From a virus, in the IMG/VR virus record IMGVR_UViG_3300029267_000784, positions 1-36,851 of that record: a stretch of 36,851 bases of DNA. One strand, given 5' to 3'. A program made the position numbers and the translations under genes. Positions 30,200 through 36,851 of the stretch are shown here, piece by piece (within the stretch, counting starts at the first letter, position 1; every line of letters begins with the position of its first letter). Below the pieces are notes generated by a model. That model saw nothing but the letters and a program-made list of their open reading frames with translations, was not told the DNA's origin and ran no database searches.

Positions 30200-30411
30200 T
30201 TCAAATCCTCAACCGTCTTATTCGGGATATGTATTATAATGCCCGGCTTCTTCTCAATATTGAAATTCATATCAAGCATGATGCAATCCTTCTGATTGCA
30301 CCCCTGCCATGTGTACGCCCATTTTTTATCAGAATACACAAAGCAATGACTGTTGACTGCTTTCTCTATCAACTCTTTAATCTGCTCTTTGCTGTAGGTT
30401 TTTTCGTGCAT
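30196..30411 (-). CDS. 71-aa hypothetical protein
   Basis: ORF track; coupled on both sides. Confidence 0.5.
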   Translation of the reverse strand: MHEKTYSKEQIKELIEKAVNSHCFVYSDKKWAYTWQGCNQKDCIMLDMNFNIEKKPGIIIHIPNKTVEDLK

Positions 30412-30542
30412 TATTTATCCCTATTTTGCGATTTATAAATTAAAAACATTAATTTTCCTATTTCTTTCCCTAATAAATGCGCCGAGTAAAAAAACAAACT
30501 TATTAATCCTATAAGAACAATAATCCCGAGTATAATATTCAT
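30411..30542 (-). CDS. 43-aa membrane mini-protein (MNIILGIIVLIGLISLFFYSAHLL...)
   Basis: ORF track 30411..30620. I prefer the ATG at 30542, two nt after the portal stop. Confidence 0.5.
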   Translation of the reverse strand: MNIILGIIVLIGLISLFFYSAHLLGKEIGKLMFLIYKSQNRDK

Positions 30543-30544
30543 TT

Positions 30545-32656
30545 TTAATCCTCTATTACAGGAATTATACTGCATCGGCAATTTATATCTTCCTCGGCCA
30601 GTCCGATATTGCCCGGGCACTCTCCCTGCCCTCCACCAACTTCAAAATCTTCATCAACCGGGATTGCGTTCTTTTCGCTGTATTGCTGTCCAGCCTGAAT
30701 ATGCGTATCTCGGGCATCCGGCTGTGCTAACCATGCCTTTTTCTCAACCTTTGCCTGTTTGTATGCCTCCAGTGCGCCCCTGTTGCTCGTACCGATAACC
30801 TCTGTCCGGGCTATCCGCTCGGCTTTATACCCCTGGTCCGTGTATGCCGTAAACGTCGCCTGTATGCGCTTCTTTAGCTCTGGGATACCCTCGCCTGCTT
30901 CAACCCCCTGTATAAGCGTCTTTTTGACAGCTTCCCGGGCATTCCCTATTACTTCCTTTGCTTTCTTAAGTCCGTACACTTTCAGGAATGCTTGCACTCT
31001 CGGATTCGATATATTAAATACCTCGCCTAATCCCAAGTTTACCAGTTCCCTGTTAGCATTGGTTTTCATTGACAGTTCATGTACTTTTTTTGATTGCTTG
31101 CTCCAGCGGTTAATCTCGTCGCCTTCATCAAACAATAATGTTTCAACATTAATCCCTTTTTCAATAGATTTCTTTCCCGATAATCTGTGCAGTATTCCCA
31201 TTTGCAACCCGGCAAAATACGTCCCGATTATTGACATATACCGCCGCTCAATCATCCGGGTAGTACGGTCAAACTGTTTCCATATCGCCTCTTTTTTCTC
31301 TTTGTTGTACGTCAACCGTTTTAATGATTTGCTCTTGCCGCCGTCCTCGCCTTCATCTTCACTGCCCGGGGCAGGATTTGCCGAAGCCGGAGCAGGCTCG
31401 CTGTTTGTCTGCACCATATTAGCCGGTTGTAAACTGAACGGTAAATACCCTATATCCCCGCCCTCTACATCCTCAAACCCGAGATTCAACCGCTGATTTA
31501 TTTTATTGAACGGTACGCCCATATTGAAATATATCTGCGCTGTTTTTGCCTTCTGTTCCTCGTTCTCTTTCAATACTTCTTCGTTTGATGTGTCAAACTC
31601 AAAATATAGATTGCTGTCAAACTTCTGTACAATCGTTGTTATAGCTTCATTCAATCTGTGCAGTTTCGGAATAATCGTAAAATAATAAAATACTTTCAAT
31701 GCGGTTTCATAATTACTGTAACTTGCCTGATCAAGTATGCCAACTAATAGCGGCGGCACACCATGCACGGCGCATATATCCTCACGGCTTAACTTAATCC
31801 CGTTCACGTATTCAAGGTCTTTCATATTGCCAGTTATTGCATTGTATTTCAATCCCTGCTCAAGAATAGGCGTTTTATGCGCATTCGCCGAGCCCATATA
31901 TTTTTCTTTGAATTGCAATTTAACTCTATCATACGTTGCCTGATTCAGCGTCTGTTCCGTCTCAAGATATGCGTCAATCATCGTGCCATTCTTGAACATA
32001 TTAAGATTTGTTTTCTGCGCTTCTTTTATCACGTCAATAGAATATATCGCCGGATTAAAACTGCTCTGTCCGTAAAAATAATTGTCCGGTGACATATACC
32101 GGAAATGCGTAATCACTTCGGGCTGATATGATAAATCATTCCCTGTGCCAGTTATGAATTTATACCCGCTAATCATCCCTGCTTCAGCACCCTTGATAAC
32201 CCGTATCTTTGATGATAAAAGATTTATTAGTGCTTTCGGTTTTTTAGGATTGCCGTATAACTCATTGTTCAACCAGTATGCATTACCAATTAACTCAAGG
32301 TTTGCAACCGTCCACTCTATTAAACTGTAAAAGGTTGAATTCGGGTCTTTGTAATTAGGTTTTTCCAGCAGTGTTTCAATCTGGTCATTTGATACAATAT
32401 CTTTCTCAAACTTTCCTTTTTTCATCTTCCATTTGTACAGATGCCAGGGCAACCCCGCTATGGTATTCGCAATAACATAGACACACGCATACACCCATAC
32501 CTCATTACGGTATGCAGTTATATTTTTAGAAAAATTCTCCGGCGTATTCTCGCCGTATGAAGGGTAATACCGCATCCCGATAGCTTCGACTAACTCGGCA
32601 AGCCGTGACGCCTTTTCATATCCGAACCGTTTAAATACTTTGTCAATTAGTTTCAT
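30545..32656 (-). CDS. Portal protein (HK97-type) fused to a MuF/SPP1 gp7-like minor head protein domain
   Basis: The N-terminal ~417 aa are portal-like. An acidic Pro/Ala linker NSEPAPASANPAPGSEDEGEDGG follows (31319..31405). The C-terminal ERIARTEVIGTSNRGALEAY...DARDTHIQ...INCRCS is the MuF signature. Confidence 0.8.
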   Translation of the reverse strand: MKLIDKVFKRFGYEKASRLAELVEAIGMRYYPSYGENTPENFSKNITAYRNEVWVYACVYVIANTIAGLPWHLYKWKMKKGKFEKDIVSNDQIETLLEKPNYKDPNSTFYSLIEWTVANLELIGNAYWLNNELYGNPKKPKALINLLSSKIRVIKGAEAGMISGYKFITGTGNDLSYQPEVITHFRYMSPDNYFYGQSSFNPAIYSIDVIKEAQKTNLNMFKNGTMIDAYLETEQTLNQATYDRVKLQFKEKYMGSANAHKTPILEQGLKYNAITGNMKDLEYVNGIKLSREDICAVHGVPPLLVGILDQASYSNYETALKVFYYFTIIPKLHRLNEAITTIVQKFDSNLYFEFDTSNEEVLKENEEQKAKTAQIYFNMGVPFNKINQRLNLGFEDVEGGDIGYLPFSLQPANMVQTNSEPAPASANPAPGSEDEGEDGGKSKSLKRLTYNKEKKEAIWKQFDRTTRMIERRYMSIIGTYFAGLQMGILHRLSGKKSIEKGINVETLLFDEGDEINRWSKQSKKVHELSMKTNANRELVNLGLGEVFNISNPRVQAFLKVYGLKKAKEVIGNAREAVKKTLIQGVEAGEGIPELKKRIQATFTAYTDQGYKAERIARTEVIGTSNRGALEAYKQAKVEKKAWLAQPDARDTHIQAGQQYSEKNAIPVDEDFEVGGGQGECPGNIGLAEEDINCRCSIIPVIED

Positions 32657-33879
32657 ACAAACCTTATATTAAGATCGCCCTCGCTCGCTAATTCAGTGAG
32701 TGCCCACACGCAAGCGTCAAGCCTATTCGGGCTCTTTGTCAAATCCTCAAATTTCGTTGTGCAAAGCTCATCCTCTAATTCGGGAAACTCCTCGACATGA
32801 TATACAAGCCCTTTTTCGTATAATGCTGATATAGGCTCGGCACGGACAGCCTTCCCTCTGGTAGCTGTCACCAGTTTTACATTGATCTGCTGTTTGCCGA
32901 ATTGCGTAATCGTTGATTCAACCATTTCACCGCCGTAGTTTTTCTCTGCCGTAACCGCATCCGCTTGCTTATGGTTATACGCCGCTATAACCTCATCACT
33001 CCATTCCTTCGGTGTACCATGCAGGGTATAATCACCAAGTATGTAATACTTACCTTCCGCATCCCTGCCCGCCGCTATAATACCGATCTCATCCCCTGCT
33101 TTCGAGCCGGACGGGTCTACGCCGATAACAACACGCTGTAATGATTCTGGCGCAGTCCTGTATTTGAACCAGCTCCGCTTCCACAGTGCGCCTTCCTCAT
33201 CGCCGTATTCGCCATGCAGGAATCTTTGCCGTTTGCGCCCTGATAATTGTTCAAGCTGGGGTATGTATGTCGACGCAAGGTTTTCTTTATTATCTTGTGG
33301 ATTAATCTGTATATGCCCGTAATCGTTATCAGGGACAGGCCGGCCGTCCGGGAATACCCGCTCATGAAATATTTTATATCCCCAGTGTTTTTTTGAAGGC
33401 GGGTTGTAATCAAATAAACATCGAGGCGGCACATCTTTTGGAGGGTTTATTCGTGTCAACAATGTCTCGATTGAATCAAAAGAAACTTGACTGGCTTCGT
33501 TTACAAATATACTCGCCCATTCAGTACCAAGTATTTTCTCAACCCGGTCTTTATCATCAAGCCCGCCTATTACCAGCCGGGATTTATTCGGGAATGATGC
33601 ATAATAATCAGAATGGTTTAATTTCACTTTACCTTCAATATTCATTGATCGTAAAGCCTCCGGTAGTGTCTGTTGCCACAACGATATTTTTGCATGACTG
33701 AACCGAAGCCGGACGCTTAAATGCCATGTTAGAGGATATTTCATTGCCCGAATGCATAACACCCGCATTATCAATATCGTTTTCCCTGATCGTGCGCCGC
33801 CTTCCAGTAATGTTTTTTCGCATTTTGCTATTAACCTCGCCGCTTGCTCCTGCCTCTCTGTCTCTCTAAACATCCTCAT
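32653..33879 (-). CDS. terL: Terminase large subunit
   Basis: Walker A GGARSGKT, Walker B-like SIFVNEA, and a C-terminal nuclease-like region with VIGVDPSG. It follows terS. Confidence 0.85.
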   Translation of the reverse strand: MRMFRETERQEQAARLIAKCEKTLLEGGARSGKTILIMRVLCIRAMKYPLTWHLSVRLRFSHAKISLWQQTLPEALRSMNIEGKVKLNHSDYYASFPNKSRLVIGGLDDKDRVEKILGTEWASIFVNEASQVSFDSIETLLTRINPPKDVPPRCLFDYNPPSKKHWGYKIFHERVFPDGRPVPDNDYGHIQINPQDNKENLASTYIPQLEQLSGRKRQRFLHGEYGDEEGALWKRSWFKYRTAPESLQRVVIGVDPSGSKAGDEIGIIAAGRDAEGKYYILGDYTLHGTPKEWSDEVIAAYNHKQADAVTAEKNYGGEMVESTITQFGKQQINVKLVTATRGKAVRAEPISALYEKGLVYHVEEFPELEDELCTTKFEDLTKSPNRLDACVWALTELASEGDLNIRFV

Positions 33880-34390
33880 AGCATTTATTGAAAGATATAT
33901 TTATATTGCCGGAATGTTCAACTTTATCAGTGAATATATTTAAGTGTTTACCAAGCATTTCGAGAGCACGCACTTTGTCAGATAATCTTATTTTTTTCGT
34001 ATATCCTATCTTTTCTCTATCATTCCCTCTGCCGTCATATAATTCCATAACCTCAATCCCTGCCATAGCATGAGCAACATCACTGGGAATATCTGATAAA
34101 TCTCTAAGCATTCCTTGATCTGTAAATGCTCCTCGAATATCCAAGAATGCAATTTTTTTTAATTCGTTTATAACATCATCGGCATCAATAAGAGTACGTT
34201 GTTTTTGAAGTGAAATAAGTTTGTTTATTGCATCTTGAATTTCAGGTTTTTTAAGGTTTTCATCGCCTATAGAACCGGCTGTTTTTTTTGAGTAACCGGC
34301 ACGTATCGCCGCTTGAGTAGCATTTTTGTCAATAAGATATTCGAGTATAAATGATTTTTGTTTTTCGGTAAGTTTATTTTTCTTTTTCAT
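33866..34390 (-). CDS. terS: Terminase small subunit (Terminase_2 / P27-like)
   Basis: KLTEKQKSFILEYLIDKNATQAAIRAGYSKKTA is the family signature. I prefer the ATG at 34390. There is no SD upstream. Confidence 0.8.
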   Translation of the reverse strand: MKKKNKLTEKQKSFILEYLIDKNATQAAIRAGYSKKTAGSIGDENLKKPEIQDAINKLISLQKQRTLIDADDVINELKKIAFLDIRGAFTDQGMLRDLSDIPSDVAHAMAGIEVMELYDGRGNDREKIGYTKKIRLSDKVRALEMLGKHLNIFTDKVEHSGNINISFNKCYEDV

Positions 34391-34397
34391 AGGCAAT

Positions 34398-34448
34398 AAA
34401 AAAAGGGGCTTGCCGATAGAAGGAAAAATCCTTTTACCAACAAGCCCC
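34398..34448 (-). terminator. Rho-independent terminator directly upstream of the terS start codon
   Basis: The minus strand reads GGGGCTTG-(28 nt containing an inner AAGGA/TCCTT stem)-CAAGCCCC-TTTTTTT. The terS ATG begins 7 nt after the T run. Confidence 0.7.
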
Positions 34449-34501
34449 CGGGAATAATCAGACAGAGCTAAAATATTAAATTGTCAAATTGTTCTATACT
34501 A

Positions 34502-34530
34502 TGTATAGCACATTACTGCACTTTTGTCAA
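34502..34530 (-). promoter_or_regulatory. Sigma70-like promoter TTGACA-17 nt-TATACA (candidate late promoter)
   Basis: The -35 is the reverse complement of 34525..34530 and the -10 the reverse complement of 34502..34507. Consensus match only. Confidence 0.5.
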
Positions 34531-34688
34531 GTATTTTGATTAATAAAGCGGGCAGTATCCCCGCCTTTTAATATACATTCAACTCCTGAATTATCGGCTC
34601 TCCGGCGTACAGAGAATATCAACTCCCCCTCCCCCTGCCGGAATATCTCTTGAGCCCTGCGCAATAGTTCTTTTTCCCAGTCTTTCAT
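34527..34688 (-). CDS. 53-aa second YezD/DUF2292-like mini-protein
   Basis: Hand-translated: MKDWEKELLRRAQEIFRQGEGELIFSVRRRADNSGVECILKGGDTARFINQNT. ATGA overlap with the upstream ORF; its stop lies inside the -35 hexamer. Confidence 0.4.
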   Translation of the reverse strand: MKDWEKELLRRAQEIFRQGEGELIFSVRRRADNSGVECILKGGDTARFINQNT

Positions 34689-34972
34689 ATAGTAGGCCAA
34701 TAAAACATTTTAGTTTTCTTGCCGCCCTTTTTTCTTTTTCGTATTTCATCAAATTTTGGTTCGCTTTTTGCATTAACAAATTCAAGCCCGAGATGAGCAT
34801 ATAAACTATTTACTTTTTTCTCTAATTGTTCGAATCTATCAAGTTCAACCTTTTGTTTTAAAGTTTTGCAGATATTATCTATTTTGTGGCTTGCAAGTCT
34901 TGTTGTTCCTCCGTAACTGCCTATTTCTTCAATTTCGCAATCTAAGCAATTTCTCAATTCTTTATCTTTCAT
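34685..34972 (-). CDS. 95-aa hypothetical protein
   Basis: ORF track; ATGA overlap with the upstream ORF. Confidence 0.55.
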   Translation of the reverse strand: MKDKELRNCLDCEIEEIGSYGGTTRLASHKIDNICKTLKQKVELDRFEQLEKKVNSLYAHLGLEFVNAKSEPKFDEIRKRKKGGKKTKMFYWPTI

Positions 34973-35205
34973 TTTTTTCCCTCCTCCTTCTCTTTTAAAT
35001 ACTCAATCAAAGCATTAAGCTGTGCAATCCGGTATTTAAGATTCTGAATAGCATCCTCATAGGCTTTGATACCTTCCTGCAATTCTTTTCGTTCTTTTTC
35101 AAACTTTACGATTTCCTCTTGTCTTTCTGTCATCTTTTTTTCTTTTGGATAGCCGTAGCCTGCCAACAAAATAACTGCCAAAAGTATAAAAACTGCTTTT
35201 TTCAT
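34969..35205 (-). CDS. 78-aa secreted coiled-coil protein
   Basis: ORF track; signal peptide MKKAVFILLAVILLAGYG; SD ATGGGGGGTATGT. Confidence 0.6.
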   Translation of the reverse strand: MKKAVFILLAVILLAGYGYPKEKKMTERQEEIVKFEKERKELQEGIKAYEDAIQNLKYRIAQLNALIEYLKEKEEGKK

Positions 35206-35312
35206 ACATACCCCCCATTAGTTTATTGTTTATTGTCGTGATACTCCATAACATTATTTGTGCGTAAAAATCAAAAATTAGAATTAAATATTTTCTCATT
35301 TTCTTTTATCTG

Positions 35313-35597
35313 TCACGGAAATGTTATCACCTCATCTGTTGACGTCGCCGGAGTATATGTCCCTTCAATTTCCTGAATAAACATTATATCCCCGGATGAA
35401 TCAACCTCATACTCATGCTTGTAAACCCTGAAAGTAGAATCCTCTTTGTCGAATGGTGACGTTGTCTCTTTCCAGATAAGCGTAAAAGAGCTTTTGTAAA
35501 TATCAAAACTCTTTAACTCCATTGTTACAATCTGGCTCTGCGACCGGTACAGCGTCAGTCCGAACAATACTGTCAACAACAATGCTACTCTTTTCAT
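35313..35597 (-). CDS. 94-aa secreted protein
   Basis: ORF track; signal peptide MKRVALLLTVLFGLTLYRS; SD AAAGGGGGTAGGT. Confidence 0.6.
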   Translation of the reverse strand: MKRVALLLTVLFGLTLYRSQSQIVTMELKSFDIYKSSFTLIWKETTSPFDKEDSTFRVYKHEYEVDSSGDIMFIQEIEGTYTPATSTDEVITFP

Positions 35598-35616
35598 ACC
35601 TACCCCCTTTTATTTT

Positions 35617-36084
35617 TTACATCTCTTCCAGTTTTTGTCTTGCTTGTTTTAATAAATCACAAGCATCTTTAAATGAATAATTATATATATTACACTCATC
35701 AACCTTCTTCTTCGCCAAGTCTATTATTTGTTGTTTGAATTTATCAACAGCATCCGTACTGGTTGTTCCTTTGTTTCTATTTTCTCTATCGTAAGCAATA
35801 ATACGATAAATAATATCTTCCACGTCTTTCGGTTCTTCTTGCTTTTCTTCCTCAAATGTTTGAATTGCTTCTAAAGTGTTTACTACCTGTTGCATTGCAG
35901 TAACAAAATCATCTAAATCCTCTTTCTTTACTCTAATATCACTCATCCTTATAAATTCCCAATATGGCATAGCAACAATATCCAAATCATCTGATAAATA
36001 CTTGCACAACGTGCGTTTACCTATTACGCCATTCTTAAAATCTTTTAAATCAAGCTCGATACATCTTTGCCAATTTTCCTTCAT
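35617..36084 (-). CDS. 155-aa hypothetical protein
   Basis: ORF track; ATGA overlap with the upstream ORF. Confidence 0.6.
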   Translation of the reverse strand: MKENWQRCIELDLKDFKNGVIGKRTLCKYLSDDLDIVAMPYWEFIRMSDIRVKKEDLDDFVTAMQQVVNTLEAIQTFEEEKQEEPKDVEDIIYRIIAYDRENRNKGTTSTDAVDKFKQQIIDLAKKKVDECNIYNYSFKDACDLLKQARQKLEEM

Positions 36085-36473
36085 CCCTTCCCCCCTATCT
36101 TTGTGCGGTAGTATTCTCGGATGTCGTCTAAATCAACCCAATAACCTGTTTGTTTTGGGTATATTTTTTGCTTTTTTTTCTCAATCTCCCTCAAATCCTC
36201 CTCCCGGGTCTCTTTACGTGTGGCTTGGCTGATAAGTTGAATAAGTTGTTTTGATATTATACCACCAATCTTTTCTAATTTATTCCCACATTCTGCGGTT
36301 GTTGTCTTTCCTGCTTCAAAATCATCTCTCGCATATCTCACCTCTGCATCAAATACCCACAATATTTTATCTACCTTCTCCTCAAGTAAACTTCTTTTTG
36401 TCTTATCGGTCATAGTTTCCTCTTGTTCGATATATTTTTCCATTTCTTCTGGCGTTAAATCTTCGTTATCCAT
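36081..36473 (-). CDS. 130-aa acidic hypothetical protein
   Basis: ORF track; SD GAGGAGGTAAA. Confidence 0.6.
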   Translation of the reverse strand: MDNEDLTPEEMEKYIEQEETMTDKTKRSLLEEKVDKILWVFDAEVRYARDDFEAGKTTTAECGNKLEKIGGIISKQLIQLISQATRKETREEDLREIEKKKQKIYPKQTGYWVDLDDIREYYRTKIGGKG

Positions 36474-36491
36474 TTTACCTCCTCAAGTGTC

Positions 36492-36689
36492 TTATCGGTC
36501 ATATCTCCCTCCTGTAATCAAATTAGAATATGTCGATATGTATGTATTCGTTCTCGAATCTCTCGGTAATTGATAATCACAATATCCGCAATAAGTACAC
36601 AAATATCCAACACTTCCAGGCCCTATTGCTCTATAAATGCAAGGATGAGCCGCACTGCACGTTTTTTGGTCATTACCACCTATACTCAC
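36492..36689 (-). CDS. 65-aa Cys-rich mini-protein (C11, C17, C31-x2-C34-x2-C37), directly downstream of the radical SAM gene across the circular junction
   Basis: ORF track. A GTG start follows the SD AAAGGGGGAATT, 22 nt after the radical SAM stop (36712..36714, equivalent to 5..7). Confidence 0.6.
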   Translation of the reverse strand: MSIGGNDQKTCSAAHPCIYRAIGPGSVGYLCTYCGYCDYQLPRDSRTNTYISTYSNLITGGRYDR

Positions 36690-36707
36690 AATTCCCCCTT
36701 TACCTTC

Positions 36708-36851
36708 CGTGTTATCCTACGCACCGCCCGCTCATATAACTTTTATAAGCCGCTGGTCTTGCCCATGTTCGCTGGAAATTACGCCAATCTTTTGAATACT
36801 TCTTATTGCTTCCGTTTTTATATAGCTGTGCAAAAGGATAAAATCCTAATC
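36708..36851. repeat. Terminal direct repeat, copy 2 (identical to 1..144)
   Basis: Exact match to the window start. Confidence 0.95.

Larger units (their letters stand above)
1..36707. mobile_element. Complete temperate tailed-phage genome (long-tailed, HK97-type head), one circular unit
   Basis: Lysogeny, recombination/replication, packaging, head, tail and lysis modules are all present. Bases 36708..36851 repeat bases 1..144 exactly. Confidence 0.85.

Noticed and set aside
30759-31496. 245-aa plus-strand ORF, plus many other plus-strand track ORFs inside minus-strand genes (for example 327..608, 16567..16956, 18807..19136, 25349..25627)
   Set aside because: They lie antisense within well-supported genes (portal, radical SAM, tape measure, major tail, gp10). 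They have no SD, and their Ser/Leu/Phe-rich composition is typical of shadow frames.
24829-33434. Same-strand alternative-frame ORFs (24829..25218, 27259..27558, 27850..28032, 28267..28620, 33117..33434, 33635..33823)
   Set aside because: Each is nested out of frame inside a longer ORF with recognisable function or better start context. None has an SD.
34548-34569. Small GC hairpin (GCGGG-7 nt-CCCGC) with flanking T/A runs, first read as a bidirectional terminator ending the early operon
   Set aside because: It lies inside the reading frame of the ATGA-coupled 53-aa ORF 34527..34688 (codons KGGDTARFI). The stem is only 5 bp. I kept it as a possibility but did not call it.
34633-34646. G-rich run GGGGGAGGGGGAG (minus strand) as a G-quadruplex
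   Set aside because: Only two G-runs are close together, and a quadruplex needs four. The run lies inside the coding sequence of the 53-aa ORF.
34591-34800. 69-aa track ORF overlapping the end of 34685..34972, and 35099..35299 overlapping 34969..35205
   Set aside because: The competing frames have ATGA coupling or strong SDs plus sensible signal peptides. These two have neither.
1-36851. Search for tRNA/tmRNA genes, CRISPR repeats, transposase or IS ends, retron or RT elements, and stop-codon reassignment
   Set aside because: No T-loop-like GGTTCGAAT-type motifs or cloverleaf candidates were seen in the intergenic regions. There is no array of regularly spaced repeats and no RT or transposase motif. 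All long ORFs close normally with TAA/TAG/TGA under the standard code. This rests on visual inspection only; tRNAscan-SE, minced and a code-4/15 gene-call comparison would confirm it.

Overview
The window is one complete, circularly closed temperate tailed-phage genome. The last 144 bp (36708..36851) repeat the first 144 bp exactly, so one unit is 36,707 bp. Nearly all genes are on the minus strand, in long operons where stop and start codons overlap (ATGA, GTGA, TAATG). Three minus-strand blocks can be read. (1) An early block, 8778 down to 805: Cro/Xis-like HTH protein, an outer-membrane-protein-like moron, RecT plus a PD-(D/E)xK exonuclease, a replication initiator carrying an internal repeat/palindrome block that looks like the origin, a VRR-NUC nuclease, and many 19-80 aa mini-ORFs. 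(2) A radical SAM gene (5..808) that continues across the window junction into a Cys-rich 65-aa ORF (36492..36689) and several unknown or secreted small proteins. (3) A late block, 34390 down to 11511: terS, terL, a portal-MuF fusion, an HK97-type prohead protease with a zinc ribbon and scaffold-like tail, an HK97 major capsid protein, connector proteins, a tail-fibre/secretory gene cluster, major tail protein, G/GT chaperone with an A9 slippery site, tape measure, distal tail proteins, a second fibre and an M15 endolysin. The plus strand carries only the lysogeny operon: an Arg-rich 38-aa ORF, a CI/LexA-like repressor, a 51-aa membrane peptide and a tyrosine integrase, followed by an attP-like region. 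I saw no rRNA, tRNA, CRISPR array, reverse transcriptase or transposase, and no sign of stop-codon recoding. Items most worth follow-up: the short orphan radical SAM enzyme with its Cys-rich partner; three gene cassettes each bracketed by a duplicated gene junction; a face-to-face promoter pair with a structured leader and Arg-rich peptide in the immunity region; strong intrinsic terminators inside the late operon, which imply antitermination; and an unusual load of signal-peptide proteins inside the structural modules. All functional calls rest on motif recognition and gene order. No database search was possible.
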